A DNA stretch of 64,000 bases. It comes from Rhodosorus marinus CCMP1338 (Eukaryota > Plantae > Rhodophyta). Each line of letters starts with the position of its first letter. Position 1 is the stretch's first letter. Below the pieces are notes generated by a model. The model worked only from the letters and a program-made list of their open reading frames with translations, had not been told where the DNA came from and did not search any database. Below, piece by piece: positions 1 through 13,780 of this stretch. The translations under genes were made by a program, and so were the position numbers. The DNA is taken from contig JAMWBK010000009.1 in assembly GCA_029953675.1 (NCBI GenBank), positions 310,001 to 374,000 of the forward strand. Direction: 5' to 3'.

Positions 1-253
1 CCTCTCTTTGGCCTTGGTCTGCCCTGCGTTGTCAATTCTGGAAGCCTTCAAGGTGCTCTCAAAGGGGCCTTGGAAGTTAATGGGAGTGCAGTGATGTCTC
101 GCCTACGCGGTTGATGTTCCCTCTCAGTTTTGGCAGCTCACAGTTTCCTTTTGGATCTCTCCTCCGTTAAGAAACGTACTGCGGACGGCGTGCCTGAGTT
201 TGATACGGATGCTCGTTTACTTAAGACCTTAGTCGAGGGTATCGGTTTGATTC

Positions 254-3200
254 TTAGCGAACTGGAGTCGGTACAAAACCATTTGGATTCCAGTACACGT
301 CCTCGCCTTGGACGTCACCGTTTAGGAGGACGTGTGGAATCACCTTCGGCCCCAGAGGCAGCCCTTCCAGCAGCTTGGGTGTTATAATAAATGTTTGTTG
401 CGATTCTCCAGTCGTCGCGTGGTCGATCATCATCCCCATGAGCGCTCGTTCGTTCCTTTGATCCACCCCTTGGTTCATCTCGTCAACGATCTGTGTTTGG
501 CCATAGGAAAAAGAATCTTAGCCAAACTCGCCCTTTCCTGAAGAGTCAATATATGAGCAGCGGACAGCACTAACCCGGAAGGCAGCGTTGGGCGTTAAGC
601 GCTGCAGAGCGAAAATGTAAATCATCGTAGCCATCATCTGCTCCCCACCGGACTGTACGCTGGCCTTCAAGGAGGTCAGGTCATCCTTATCCCGATAGCT
701 GACTCGGATATCGACTTCTAAGTCTCGAACACCTCCCTCGTCCTTCAGCATGACCATCCCGCTGCAGTCGATCAGCTTGTAAAGCTCTGCAAACTTTACG
801 CTGATGTCATCCACCTGTATGCCGACCGAGCTAACTTTCAGAAACCTGCTGGATGGATGGGGCGCCCTGTACTACAACGATGGCTCTTCGTAGAGAACTT
901 ACGAATGATTTGACCTTGACGATGAACTCATCCTTTCTCTGATCAAGGTCTACCTTTTTGCGTTCACTAACAGCTTGATCATTTCCTATTCTCCTCTCAA
1001 GCTCCGCAATCTGCGTCCTTCGCTTCTCGTAGTCCCGGATAACCATGTCATTCGCAAAGAACGCCTCAGCCCTCGCCGTTTCGTTTTCGATCAAGTCTTG
1101 GAGCTCCTCCAGATCCTGCGGCAGCGTTGCAAACGTCTGTCGCGCCTCGGCGTCACTGCAGTAGAGTAGAACAGCACTGAGATCAGTATCGCGTGCGAAC
1201 GCATGCTGAGGTCAGTGAACTTCCTGGCATACATATTTGCCTCCCTCTCCGCACGAGTCTTGCACGCTCGCATTTCCTTGACCGAGTCCCGGTAAGCTGT
1301 ACTAAGATCCTGCATTACATTTCGTAGCTGATCCACAGACGCTTCCAGTGATCGCAGACCGCGAGTCTTGATCTTTTTCTCCTGTAGCGCCGTGTTGTAC
1401 AGGGCTGTTCGCAAGTACGAACGGGAAAGACATTTTCAGCTGAAGTAGCTAAGCAGACATCCTATCTCTTCTGTCCACCATGGTTTTATGAACACGTACC
1501 AAGCCGTGAGTCAAATTCCTTCAGCTTGCTCAGCTGCTCCTCGTGTTTTGTCAAGAATTTTTGAATCTCGTCCTTGAAAGAGGACCTCATTTCATTGAGC
1601 TTTCGGCTTTGGGATTCCACAGTCCTAGAATTGTAATTCCTCTCCTCATCTTCGTATTGAGCGATCGAATCCTTGCAAGCCTTGATGCTGTCGTCCAGCT
1701 TCTGAACTGCGCGTCGCTTCCTCTTCAGGCCCTCAATGGACTCCCCAACCGAGCCACCCTCGCTGGCACACATTGCGCTTTCCTGCAGCAGTGGGTAGTT
1801 CTCACGATCAGATCGTGATTCCTAGCAGAGGCCGTCTAGAGTCCAACAATCATGCCGATATGTTCACTCACCGCGCTGAGTTCCTTCATTTTCGCAACAG
1901 CAGCTTCACGTTGGTGAACGGCCTCGTCAATGTCTTTTCTGAGCCGGTCAATTTCCCCTCTGTCCTCCTGGCTTTCTGCGAAAAACCTTGCGGGCTTCAA
2001 GGGATTGATCAAGGTTGACCTGTTTCGATTGCCGTATTTAGACCGCTTGACAGAGTACGACGACTCCGGTGTGAAAAATAGTTTGACACCTTGTTCGCTG
2101 ATCTCGTCAAGTTTCATGGCTGCTTGTTGGTTTCCAAGGAGCATACTATGCAGCGGAAACTGAGAAGCACAAGATGGAAACTGTCAGCGCTCTTCGGCAG
2201 AGTTCAGGCTCAGTGCAACACGACTCACCTGTGCCAAAATTGCTCGCTTCACACTGACAGGAGCTTCGAATACAGTGTCCGCGTATGAATCTAGTCCAAA
2301 ACCTCTCAGCTCATCGATAGGTTTGGGATTGTTGAACGATATGTCCGAACGCTTCGGTATCGAGAGGATATCTACCCTCAGCCCCTGGGAACGAGATTTT
2401 AACGAATGTATTAGATTTTCGTAGTCACTAAGGCGCGATGCTCGATCCTTGGTGCTTACCTGACGCTCTTTCAGCTCCCGCAAAAGCAAGTCTCGGTCTT
2501 CCTGCGTTTCAACTACGAGCGCCGCCATTGCCCATGGAGGAACAGAAGTCTCCAGGACTTTGGCATGAAATTCATTGCCAACTTTGAGCTCAGTGGCTAC
2601 AGGTCCGAAAACACTACCGCGAAACCTGTCCCTGTTAGCTTGTACAAACCTGCGAATAAGAGCAATAAAAGGAAAGCCCGTTAGCAATCGTGCACGCGGA
2701 GCTTGCTGCCGCGGCAAATACTCTCTTTGCCCGTCCATACTCATAGGATTTAATCGGAGCGTTGTTCCCATCTCTTCTGAACTCTGTGAGCTTCTGCAGC
2801 AGCTTTTGTTTCGCGTTCGCCTGTGACTCCAGCACCGATCTCAACCTCTTTTGTCTCCGATCTGCTTCCGTGATCTGGTTCTGCAGGTCATGCTTCTGTT
2901 GCGATATTTCACGTATACGATCAGTAATAGTCTGCCTCTGCCCAATAAGCTCATGTATTTGGTCGTTAAGACTTTCGACTGGCTCCACAACGCTCTTTTC
3001 CTCAACCAGGTTTCTCAGGTTGTCCTCCGCCTGGCATTACCGCAGACACGGAATCGACTTAGCTTCAGGAAAATACCAGAGGAAAGCTTGAGAGAAAGTC
3101 AAGTTTGGTCCTATACCTGAGCTTTCTTGTTTGCTCTCGTCTCAGCTTTTTTGTTCTCCAGTTTGATATCCCCCTCCGCGTCATGGTAATCAGTTTCCGC

Positions 3201-4612
3201 GCCTTCGATTTTTCGGGCCAACACGCGTAGTTCGGAGCTGTTCTTCTTCACAGTCTGTTCGAGTAGCATAAACTTTGCCTCGTGGTCTTTCACAACAGTC
3301 TGACAGAAACAAAGAAGACTTGTTGGACCCTTGCTCGTACTTTGGTTTCTAGAAACGGCGAACATTACCTCCAGTTGTTTGGTCGGTGCCATGGCCTGCT
3401 TCAACTCCTCATCATGTTCTTTCAGCTCTCCTTTGGCTGCATCGAGCTCGGCTTTCGTCTCCACAGCCCGGTCCCGCGCTAATGAATATTTAAGCCAGGG
3501 CTTGTATTGCTCGTAGGTTTTGATCTATGCGAATGGTCGTTGCAAACGGGTACATTAGTACCCGTTGCCGTTCCTGATTCAAGGAGTTCGGACTGTATTC
3601 TGTTCGCCGTACCTTCTCCAGAATGGCTTGGCGCTCATGGAAAAGCTGAACGTCGCTCTCAAGATCTTTGTTCTTCCTCCTCAAAGATTCTAAAGTCTCG
3701 GCGTCGCTCTTCCCCTTCCTTTCATGCTCCTCCAACAGGCGATACTGGTCCTTGAGATCCTCAAGGGTTGTGGCCTTTGTAAAACAAAACGCAAGGGCCT
3801 TGTCAATAGGCACCGCATGTTGCTTTGGTATTCCAAGATTTGGAACAGAACGGTCAATACCATGTCACTACCGCCGATGCTAGTGATTGTGTTGATCAGT
3901 AGCCCATGCGGTGTTTGTTGCGCGAACTCTGAAACCCTATCCTGGGGTAGGAACATACACAAATTCTCCAACTGGATATTGTATGCGACTCGGAGCTTAT
4001 CCACATCTCCAGCAGACGCCTTTTTCCCGTCAATGAACCATTGGCTCGAGGGCGCTCGGTCGAAAATTCGTTTGACCTGGATTACAGGTAATAAAGATGC
4101 TCAGCCAGGCCAGCACAACGAGGAACCGACCTCCAGGGGATCCATTTCGAAATTCTTACCGTTCTTACTCCTCGCCTGTGTTCAGCATCATGTATTGAAA
4201 CCTCGACCGACGCCTTGTTCTTTCCATGTCGGATGAACGACTCAAGCTTGTTCGAACGGCCAAGTAGTTTTAGACTACCATTCAAGCCAATCAAAACTGC
4301 ACCAACGACGCTAGACTTTCCGGATCCGTTTGGACCTATCGACCATTTCGCAAAAGAGTTTCAGGAACGAAATACTTCGAGCTGTGCACTGCGGACGAAG
4401 TTACCGATAACCAGGTTCAAGTCGGGACCAGGGTGTAAAGTACTGTCAACGAATGTCAAGAAGTTCTTCATGCTCAGTTGCACAATATTTCCCCTCTTAA
4501 ACGCTCCCAGTTCGACCAGCTGCGAGCCAGCCAAATACCCTGAACCATCCGACCCGCTCGCATCATCAGCTGAGTCGTCCGACCCCGCGGCCCCTTCCCT
4601 CTTTCTCTTCAT
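254..4612 (-). CDS. SMC5: Structural maintenance of chromosomes protein 5, multi-exon
   Basis: N-terminal MKNFLTF..PGPDLNLVIG-PNGSGKSS (Walker A); LENLCMFLPQDRVSEFA; long coiled-coil exons; C-terminal SGGEQMMATMIY signature, DEINQGVDQRNER Walker B and IITPKLL, all typical of SMC5. Confidence 0.93.
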
Positions 4613-5446
4613 CCCAAAAACTCGGCTACAATCGGCGCTCTATTAACGCTCAACCAGAAGAGGAAAGCATTCAAATCCAAATTCCCTTAGCAGGACACCC
4701 ACAACTCCCGGACAAGCAACGAAGCTTGCTGCCTCAGGACCTTCTCAGGAACCCGAAAACACAAACCTTCCCTTTTCAAAAAGACCAATGAAAGCTTATC
4801 ACCTTCACGAACGCAGGTTTCCTGGGGTTTCTTCCCTCTCTTGTAACCCCGGTTCCCCCCAAGCCTCCCAACTCCTACCAACCCCTTCCGTCCCGTCCGC
4901 TCAACAGATAAGATGCCCCACGAAAATAAAAAATCCATCCCATCCCAAAATTTGGATTACAACAATTTTTAAAACCCCGTATTCATATAATAAAACAAAA
5001 AAGAGCATCCAAATCTCCCGCGAAAATAATTCCCGCGCAAAATGGAAAAGACACGCGTCGTATGATAATTTGATGAAAGAGATCAGGGTCCACGGCCATT
5101 ACTCGCAAGTTTTCGGAGATGTTCATCGAGGTAGTAAGGAAGGCAACCTGCTTATGTACTTCTGAGAGCGTTCGTATCACTGTCTAGCAGAAGAACATAT
5201 GCGTGCCTAGATGCTTCAGTAACTGCTTATGTGGTGTCCAAGCCCGCAGGCAGTGAATCTGGGATGATTGGGTCTAGTTTTTTGATGATATCCTAGGCGT
5301 GTTTGGTCCCATTCGGTGGTTTTTCTTCTATGATAGCTTTCCGACGAGATCCAGATCTGGGATATTGAAATGGTAGGAAGTGGCAGTCAAAGCCTGTTGC
5401 GGAGGTGGGTGGTAGGGGACTGGTGAATGTTTAGACAAGCTTCACG

Positions 5447-6290
5447 ATGAGGAAATCGGCGTTTATTGGAGTTGGGCTAGGCCCTTCACTGCCTTCAAGG
5501 CATAAAGTTAGAGCCAGGAGTAGAGGGGTGTGCAAAATGGTGGAGGAGAAGCCATTGTTTGGGGCGCTTCCTGGGGTGAGTTGTTTCTCTTCCATGCTTG
5601 TCTCCGCTATTTTATCCTGAGCGAATTGAGCTTCTGTGGGATAGGATCCCAAAGCCAAGACCTGGAAGGTCAAGGTGTTTGATTCGAAGACAGGAGAAGT
5701 GTACACGGCGGATGTACCAGAGGACAGGTTTGAGATACCAGACACCGACGACTTCTATTCACAAAGCTTTCTTTGACGCATTTTCTGCTAACCATGACAG
5801 GTACATCCTGTATTACCTTGCAGAGCAAGGAATGGAGATGCCTGCACAGTGCAGAAACGGATGCTGCACAACATGCGCTGTGAAACTGGTCAGCGGAGGT
5901 ACGTCTGACACAGCCAACTAAGATGATGCAGAGATATGCAACACTTGATAAAAGTTTCGTAGCTGAACGGGTTCTCATAAAATCGTTGTTTCATGTCTTC
6001 TACTCGACGATTCACAGAGGTCCATCAGCCTGAGGCTCTCGGTTTGCTCAAAGAGATGAAAGACGAGGGGTATGCATTGATGTGTGTTTCCTACCCAAGA
6101 TCTGATGTCGAGGCCACCACTCAAGATGAAGATGAAGTTTATGTCAAGCAGTTTGGAGAGTCATTTGAGAGCGGAGGTCAGTCCCACGTAGAACCCGTAA
6201 GCGCTTTTCTAATTGCTAAAAGCAGACACCTATTTCAACCGAACAGGAGTAGTTCCCGGCGCCGTTCTTGACGCTATTGAAGACGACTAG
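5447..6290 (+). CDS. Plastid [2Fe-2S] ferredoxin, FdC2-type with C-terminal extension, multi-exon
   Basis: Transit peptide MRKSAFIGVG; spliced product contains CRNGCCTTCAVK, QPEALGL, GYALMCVSYPRSD and TQDEDEVYVKQFG, matching the FdC2 ferredoxin subgroup; last exon GVVPGAVLDAIEDD*. Confidence 0.85.
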
Positions 6291-6406
6291 CTATATGAAC
6301 ATACCAAATACAAATCGAAAGAGCAAATGCTCGTACCAGTTCAGCGTTTCCACCATGGATCTGTGCCAAGCAGTCAAGGGGTAGCAACGCGCCACAGAAA
6401 ATAAAG

Positions 6407-6757
6407 CAGACCCGCTGATTCTTAGCAGCAGCAAGCGAGCAAACAGAGATTTTCACTTTTAATCGTGTGGCACAGAGGATCAGCGATTGTGATTTGCAGC
6501 GGATGGATGCTTAGTCGTCAACCAACCAAAGCAAATGAAAGATTCATCCACAACTCGTCACGTGGGGATCCGACCCCAACCAGACCCGCTGATTCTTAGC
6601 AGCAGCAAGCGAGCAAACAGAGATTTTCACTTTTCATCGTGTGGCACATAGGATCAGCGATTGTGATTTAGCAGCGGATGGATGCTTAGTCGTCAACCAA
6701 CCAAAGCAAATGAAACAGCCATCCACAGCTCTTCACGTGGGGATCCGACCCCAACCA
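6407..6757. repeat. Tandem dimer of a ~174-175 bp intergenic unit
   Basis: cagacccgctgattcttagcagcagc...ggggatccgaccccaacca occurs at 6407-6582 and 6581-6757 with a few substitutions and indels. Confidence 0.95.
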
Positions 6758-7167
6758 CGATCACACAAAGAGACACGTGCTACACAATAATTAGATGATA
6801 CTACTTAAGATTCCGTAAAAATCGGTACACAGTTGCTAAAGTATCGTAATTCAGGAATAAATTCGATGAGTACCCTAAAAAAAGAGTCTATGGACGCGTG
6901 CCAAAAGACGATTGAACAATTTTATTTGTATAATTAAAATATTATCGGGTATTGAGATATTTAAAGTGCGAACGCGGTGGAACTTTTGTCTACATATTGG
7001 AATGTGGAGAGGGAGGACGATGAGTGGCGAAGGGCTAGGAGGAGTTTTAGGGCATAAGGTTTGAAGAAAGCTTGTTCCATTGAGCGGAATTGTGAAATAG
7101 CTTAAGCTCGTATTCGATTGCTTTGTACCTGTCTAAAGTTTTTTTTTGTTGGTCTTATTTGGCCGGA

Positions 7168-9202
7168 ATGGGGGCTGATGGTGCGGTTTTCCCGTACCTT
7201 CAGTGTGTGGCCGCTTTTCGGGTGAGTTTAGGGGATCCAGAACTATGAGATTTTATCTGTGTTGTGATTGAAGAGGAGCTAAACGAGTTTCTGATATGTG
7301 GTATAGGTTGCTCTGGAGGCCTTTGAGCTAGTGCTAACGTTGCGCCAGCGCAGGAACTTTTTTAGTAAGAAAATGAGGCCGGAGATGGAGGGCTTGGTTC
7401 CTGAAGAGAAGTTCCAGAAGGCACAGGCGTATGGAAAGGAGAAGATCGATTATGGAATCGTTGAGACTGCGTTCAACGTGACTTTAAATCTCGTTTTCTA
7501 CTTTACCTACTTCATGCCGTATGTCTGGGATTTGTCGTTGAAGATTATGCAAGTTGCAAAACCTGAATTTGGTATGTATTCGTTCATCGTCAGAGTGCAT
7601 ATTGTGTCGTGTTTCTCAACTGTATCAAAATACCGCACGTCTCAACTCAGATTCGTCTAACGAGATCGTCAGGACGATCGTATTCTGCGGTGTGAACTAC
7701 GTCGTGGGAGTGGTCACTGGTATCCCATTCAGCTTGTATTTTAACTTCGTGATTCAAGAGAAATACGGCTTCAATCGTCTGACTGGACTCCAGTTTGTGA
7801 AAGATCTCCTGCTAGGTGGTGTTGTCTCTGCCGTGATAGGTGATTACTCTTTTTGTGGACAGATCATGTCGGAACTGTGTGGTTTGTGCTGAAACTCTTC
7901 CGCTGGCTCCAATCTAGGTTTACCCGCAATCGTGGGCTTGTGGTATGTCATTGAGTGGGGAGGAGAATTCTTGTGGTTGTACTTCTGGCTCTTCTTCGTG
8001 TAAGCGATTACCATTCTTGCACCTGAATGCACCCAGGGGCGCTGTGCGACTAAGCAAGCTTTTCCCTTTTCGGTTTAGTGCCTTGACGTTCTTCCTCCAG
8101 CTAATTTACCCCACAGTGATTGCACCCCTTTTCAACAAGTTCACGCCGCTCGAGGATGGTAACGTCCGCAACATGCTCGCTTTGCTTTCAATGGAGGTGC
8201 TTATGTGTGTGCCGTTAAACGGCCCTACTTATTTGGACAGGCAAACTGAAAGACGGGATAAACTCTCTCGCCGACGGCATGAAGTTCCCGCTGAAGAAGA
8301 TCTACGTGATCGATGGTTCAAAGCGGTCTAATCACAGCAATGCGTACCTGTTCGGGTTGTTCGATAAGCGGATTGTGCTTTACGATACTTTGCTTGAGCA
8401 GAACGAAGGTCATGATGAGAGGATTCTGGGTGTACTGTGTCACGAACTTGGTCACTGGGCTCTCGTACGCATTTCGCAGTTATTCAATCCATCGAGCTAT
8501 AGCGCTTAGTCTGGATCTTGTTGTCTGACATGAATTTCTACTCAACTCGTTCTAGAGCCACTTGCGGAAGACAATGGCGGTTGCGCTAAGCCACATGCTT
8601 TTCATTTCGTGGCTGTACGGGAAAACTTCACAGAATGTGGAGATGTTCCAAAGCTTTGGGTTCAAGGATACCCCCCATATAATCGGGCTTCTCCTGTTCT
8701 CTGAAATCAATGCACCATTGGAGAGCATTTTGGGACTGGCTATGAATTGGATGAGTAGAAGGTATTGAGCGTTTGCCTCTAACAAGCACGGAGTTGGATG
8801 CTAATCATAGCTTCTGAATGTTTCATCTTATTTTCAGATACGAATATCAAGCGGACAAGTTCGCTAGCGGGATGAACTACACGAACGAGCTTGCAGAAGC
8901 ATTAGTGACACTGCACATCGAAAATCTCTCGAATATGAATCCGGTAAGCCACTCGACCAGCCGGAGGATCAGCTTTTCTTGGATGCTACTATTTCATGGA
9001 TGTCTCTGAGTGTGCTTTTCTTAACGAACGACGCCAGGACCCGTTCTACTCGGCATACCACAACTCGCATCCAACTATGATTGAAAGGCTAGAGGCCCTT
9101 GGCGCGAAACCCAGGAACATGGATCTGAAAACGGTTACTGGCGCCAAGGAAACAAGCACGGAATCCGCCGAGAAGAGCCAAGCTGAAAAGAAGGAGAACT
9201 AG
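7168..9202 (+). CDS. STE24: CAAX prenyl protease 1 (STE24/ZMPSTE24, peptidase M48), multi-exon
   Basis: [48 protein letters not shown] (HExxH), [35 protein letters not shown]. Confidence 0.95.
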
Positions 9203-9471
9203 AAGTGTGGTGAATGTTATCTCCATCAGACGGATTCCGGTCATGTTTATTAGTTCGTAGTTTGGAGACCCAGCGAAATTAGCTACTGTTCAAATCGGTC
9301 GGGTGTTTTTTTGCTACTCTGCAAATCTTTCGTTTAAAACGAAAATCAAGGAGCCGTTTGCAGTCTGCAAAACTCCTTTGCGCCATCCCTTCGTTCTAGC
9401 AGGATCCGCGGGGATTTCATTTTCCGTTCGAATTCCGCACTTTCGCTCATTGGCTCTGCAGCATAACGGCG

Positions 9472-12400
9472 TCACTTCCTCCGCAATTTGGTCCTCGCTT
9501 TCGCTTGGTGAACCCCGGGCACAGCTTGTTCATCCACTCTCTTCAGTTTCTTACGGTTCTTATTCCGCCCACTGAGCAAAGCGGTTTGACCTTCCCACTC
9601 CTTCGCTCTCTCGATCTTCAGCTCTTCCTTTTCCTTCCTCCTCTTTTCCGCTTCTATCGCTCTCCGCTCGCGCACTTTCCTACTTTCCTCAACAACATTG
9701 ATGCCAGCTCTTTCTAGGTAGCTGACATCCCGTATGTGTGGCCTTGAAACAAGCTTGGGGTACCAGGCTACGAAGGCCTCCGCGATTCTCTTTTTCGTAC
9801 TATCGTTGTCAATGAACAGCTCCAAAATCCCCGAGCACAGATCTGTCGGATCTGTCCATCCGTGTTCCGGGTTGCATGTGCTTTCCACAGCCGCAATAGT
9901 CTCGCGGATATCACAGAACTTCACGTAACCGCGAATGTAGCTAACCACCGTCAAAGCTCCTCGAGCCACTTGTCGCTCGTCCAGGAACGACCAAAACTGC
10001 TCAGCTGACAACTTCCCAGCGGATAGCCATAGAGCGTCGATTGCTCCACAAACAGCATTCTGGTTCAGTAAGTTCGCGGAATCTTCGAAACGACAAACCA
10101 TTTTCCTAAGACCCCGGAGATCATCCGCGGTAGCAAGTGCGTAGAACATTGCGCCGACGACGTTCGCGTTCAAGTCTGGTGGCGGAACAGAGCCGAAAAT
10201 ATCATGCGCGTCCTGAATATTCCCCGCCCGACCAGCCCGGCAGATGCGGTACGCTTCAAATAGTCGCCACGATCTCCAAGCTTCGAAATCTTTGAATGGA
10301 TCGCCCTCGTACTTTGAGAATCTTGGGTCAAAGGCGGTTTCAATCATTCGCTTTAACCTAGTATGGGTCTTCCGGGATAGTCTCATATGTGGAACCTTCA
10401 GTAGCTTTTCCAGATACTTCACTGCCTGCTCCACGTCATTATATAAGGCATACAAGGCGACCAGACGGTCGAGATGTGACATTCCCGGTTTGAAACCCCT
10501 CTCCCGCATATCTCCAATAACGTATTTCGCCGTCGGCAGTTGTTTCAGTTGAAGGCAGGAGCTCAACGCAAGTCTATAGGATCTGCCAGTTATACGCCGC
10601 TCCTTATCTTGTCGTAGCAGCATGTACGTCTCGATCACTTGTCGGTGCATTTTCCTATTAGTAAAGTAAGTCATTAATAATTCAAAGGTTAGGGCGTTGC
10701 CCTCAACCCCCTTATGGTACATCTCACGCCTCGCCCAGCGCAGCAAATTCCGCATCGTACTCTCGTCGGCGTCCTTTACTCGAAAAATTGAGAACGCGTT
10801 GTTGAAAAATCGGGCGGTTGGGTGAACCCTGCGTTCCATCATATCGGCGTAAACTTCAAGAATACCATTGAAATCTTCAGTCCTGGAGTAGTAGTCAACA
10901 ACCTCCTCAAATATCTATCGCCGCATTCGCCAATCGAACAGAATATTGGAGCCGATGTTTGAGATGATGACGACATGAATGGTTTGCCTGCAACAACGGA
11001 TTTACCTTTGCGCTGACGACGGGGAAACTCTTTGCTTTGTGATAGTAGTGTTCGAGTTGATCCTTACGGGAAAAGCTCGCATAGGCTTTGATAAGGATGA
11101 CGCAGATGCCCTGATCAAGCTCTGCTCCAGACTTCTCCAGACCCTTAACGGCGGTTTCAAGGCCTTGAAGGTCTCTCTTAACTCCGTGAGCTACAACCAG
11201 AGAGCTATATGCTGAAACAAGTTCTTTTGAGTCCAGATTTCTCCCGAGTTGGTGCTCCGCCTTCATGCTGCCAAAAAGCTCGTAGCACTCGTCCACGTAC
11301 CCGGCACAGGCGAGGGATAGCAAAGCCTTGTGTTGAAGCGCAGGGGAAGCTAGAAGAATTCGGGCAGTATTATCTTTCACCAGTTTTCGCATAGCTTCAT
11401 AATCCCCGTGATAACGCAGCTTTGTCAGCACATGGCTTACAACGTTTGCTTTAGCGTCATCACTCTTTAGAACACGATTGGCGCTCCTTACTAGCCTTGG
11501 AACCGCACCCGATTTCCCGTGCGCAATGAGGACTTCTGCGGCATAGGTATACACAGCCCTGGATGGGAAAATTTTGAGTCTCGAGGCCTGACTCAAAAGG
11601 TCCGAGGCTTCACTATAAGCCCTTTTCTTACACGCTTCTTCTAGGGCCTCCTCTAAAACATGTACAGGACGTGTACTGCTACGTTCTTCTATCATAATTT
11701 CCAGCCCAGACCTCTTTCTACTCTCAGCAGCCTCCATCTCAGCTTGCACTTTCTGCTTTGCAATATTCAACAGCCCCTGTGGAACGCCCACATGGCTTTT
11801 TCTTATTTCATTTGCCTTTCCATCTTCTCCTATTCTCTCATATCCAGAAGACAATGAACGCCAAAGCTGCGAGGACTCACTAAACCGAGCCTGAATCGCT
11901 TGTGCAACCTTGTCCAGGACTTTGACGTCTTTGCATTTTGTCAACGTCTACACGATAGCAGAAAAAGCATGACATTTAGGGCCGGGTAGTTCTCTCCTCG
12001 TTCGCAAGTTGAACGCTAGTCTGCTTACAAGTAAAATCTTGAAGTTCCATTCGAAGCCCCTAGACTCCAGAGCGGTGAGAATCTTCCCCACGAATCCAAA
12101 GTGATCGCTTTCCACGAACGCTCTGATAATGGCTCCATACGGAGCACTACTCCCTGATGGAATTAAACCCTTCTCTTCTGCCTCCAACGCTGCCTTCATG
12201 GCCTCTTCCGGGCTCTTCTCCCTAAGATGCTGCTTGGTAACTCTGTACATTGCATCAATACTGAGGGGGCAGTTTTCCACATTGTGAGCCTCCAGCAAAG
12301 TTTGAAAGCCATCCTGTCCTCGGCCAACGAGATTGTTCCGAATAAGGCTAAGCTCAGCCGCGGGTAAATCCACATTCGCTTTTTTCGCGCGTAGATAGAG

Positions 12401-12861
12401 ACTGGACACCTCATCAGCCCTGCTCAACCTTGAAAAGGCCCTGGAGAGCGAATATCGAAACAAGCAAAATCATTTCTCGTCAGCGGACTCGAATAGTCGG
12501 ACAGCTGCTTAGATTAGCCCTGTACTTACAGCATAGCCCCCGTGTAGAGATGCTCTAGTTCCACTCCCTTACGCCTTCCTAGTTCACTGAAGAATAGCTG
12601 GGCTTTGCCTCTTCCGTGGAGGATTGCTACGTTCGTAATGAAGTGGTCAACTGCTTTCACCCCCAACCCGCTGTCGACTCTGGACAAAAGCAGTTCGTAT
12701 CGATCAACCAGGCGCCCAATGTCACCCTTCGCTGATCGAACGAATAGCGGTACTCTGATGGCCAACATAGGATAACGCACTATCTCACTAGACGGATTGG
12801 CCCCCGCGGACCGCAAAGCCGCGGTGCCCGATGCCCGTCCAGCGCTAGCCCTCATGGCCAT
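9472..12861 (-). CDS. Large pentatricopeptide-repeat-like (PPR/alpha-solenoid) protein, roughly 1000 aa, about 4 exons; 5' end provisional
   Basis: Four consecutive minus-strand ORFs joinable by GT-AG introns (e.g. AAG|gtaaat...cgatag|ATA TTT GAG); degenerate PPR-like helix pairs such as SYRLALSSCLQLKQLPTAKYVIGDMRERGFKP and YGAIIRAFVESDHFGFVGKILTALESRGFE. Confidence 0.65.
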
Positions 12862-13780
12862 TTCTCCTCTATCCGCCTATAGATAGCGGCAAAAAAGTAC
12901 AGCTCTCGCTATGTCACCTCTCCTGAACGCATCTTGTAAGTAAAATTCGAAAAATGTACTCGGAAGCACTTTCTAGAACTCACATAGCACCAGAGACTAT
13001 TGTCAACCTCCCCAACCTTACAATGTCACGGCCGGTTTTCAAGTAGCTGGCACCGTTCGTCGATCAAACGGATTGCAAAACGTCTTCACGCACGTCGCCC
13101 TTTTTCTTTCTTTTTTTTTTAGCAATTAGTCATTGACATAGGACGTTTTCGTGAAAAGGTGGACGTTCGCTGTCATGATTGATGACGCTCTTCTTCTGAC
13201 TGAAGTCATACGCACCCGGACAAAGTTTTGTGTTTGTTGACGATCCATTGACGTGTGTCGCGTACGACACACGTCAAATGGGTCGGAGGTGATATTCTGG
13301 ATGGAGCGTTTGCTGTCACGATCGAAGACGCTTGTGTTGTCAAACGTCAAAGGATGACGTCGACTCACGTGAAAAACCAATGAAAACTCGAAACCGTTTA
13401 GTTGTTAAAAAATCCTCGGCGGCATACATCTTGATAGGAAACGCGCACCCCAACGGACTTTTCCCATCAAGAGCTGATGCTTTCTTGCTGGAATTATCTA
13501 CTGATCTAATACATCTTTCATGCGAAGGCAGTCAACCCGGTACGCTTTAGAGGTTTGCCCCAGTGAGATGAGTTCGCGAGGAAAGCATGGGCAATCCTGG
13601 AACGAAAGAAAGAACGTATTAGAGAAGAGACATTACGGTCTCAGATGCGATGAAAGAATAAGCAAGTCATGGTGGTCAACTGGTTTAAGCCATGCTTAGG
13701 ACTGGCGGTTTGGATACGTTTGATGTAGAGTAAGGGCTGTGAAGAAGCTAGGAGGAAGGTTTCAATCTCGTCTTTCCGGG

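Noticed and set aside
130-387. Plus-strand ORF overlapping the SMC5 3' end (possible convergent CDS overlap)
   Set aside because: Reads protein-like, but its upstream part lies outside the window and a minus-strand exon at 1-105 is equally plausible; cannot be resolved here
5070-5165. Box C/D snoRNA candidate (TGATGA ... CTGA) between SMC5 and ferredoxin
   Set aside because: No convincing terminal stem and no rRNA complementarity of 10 nt or more that I could recognise; these motifs are frequent by chance
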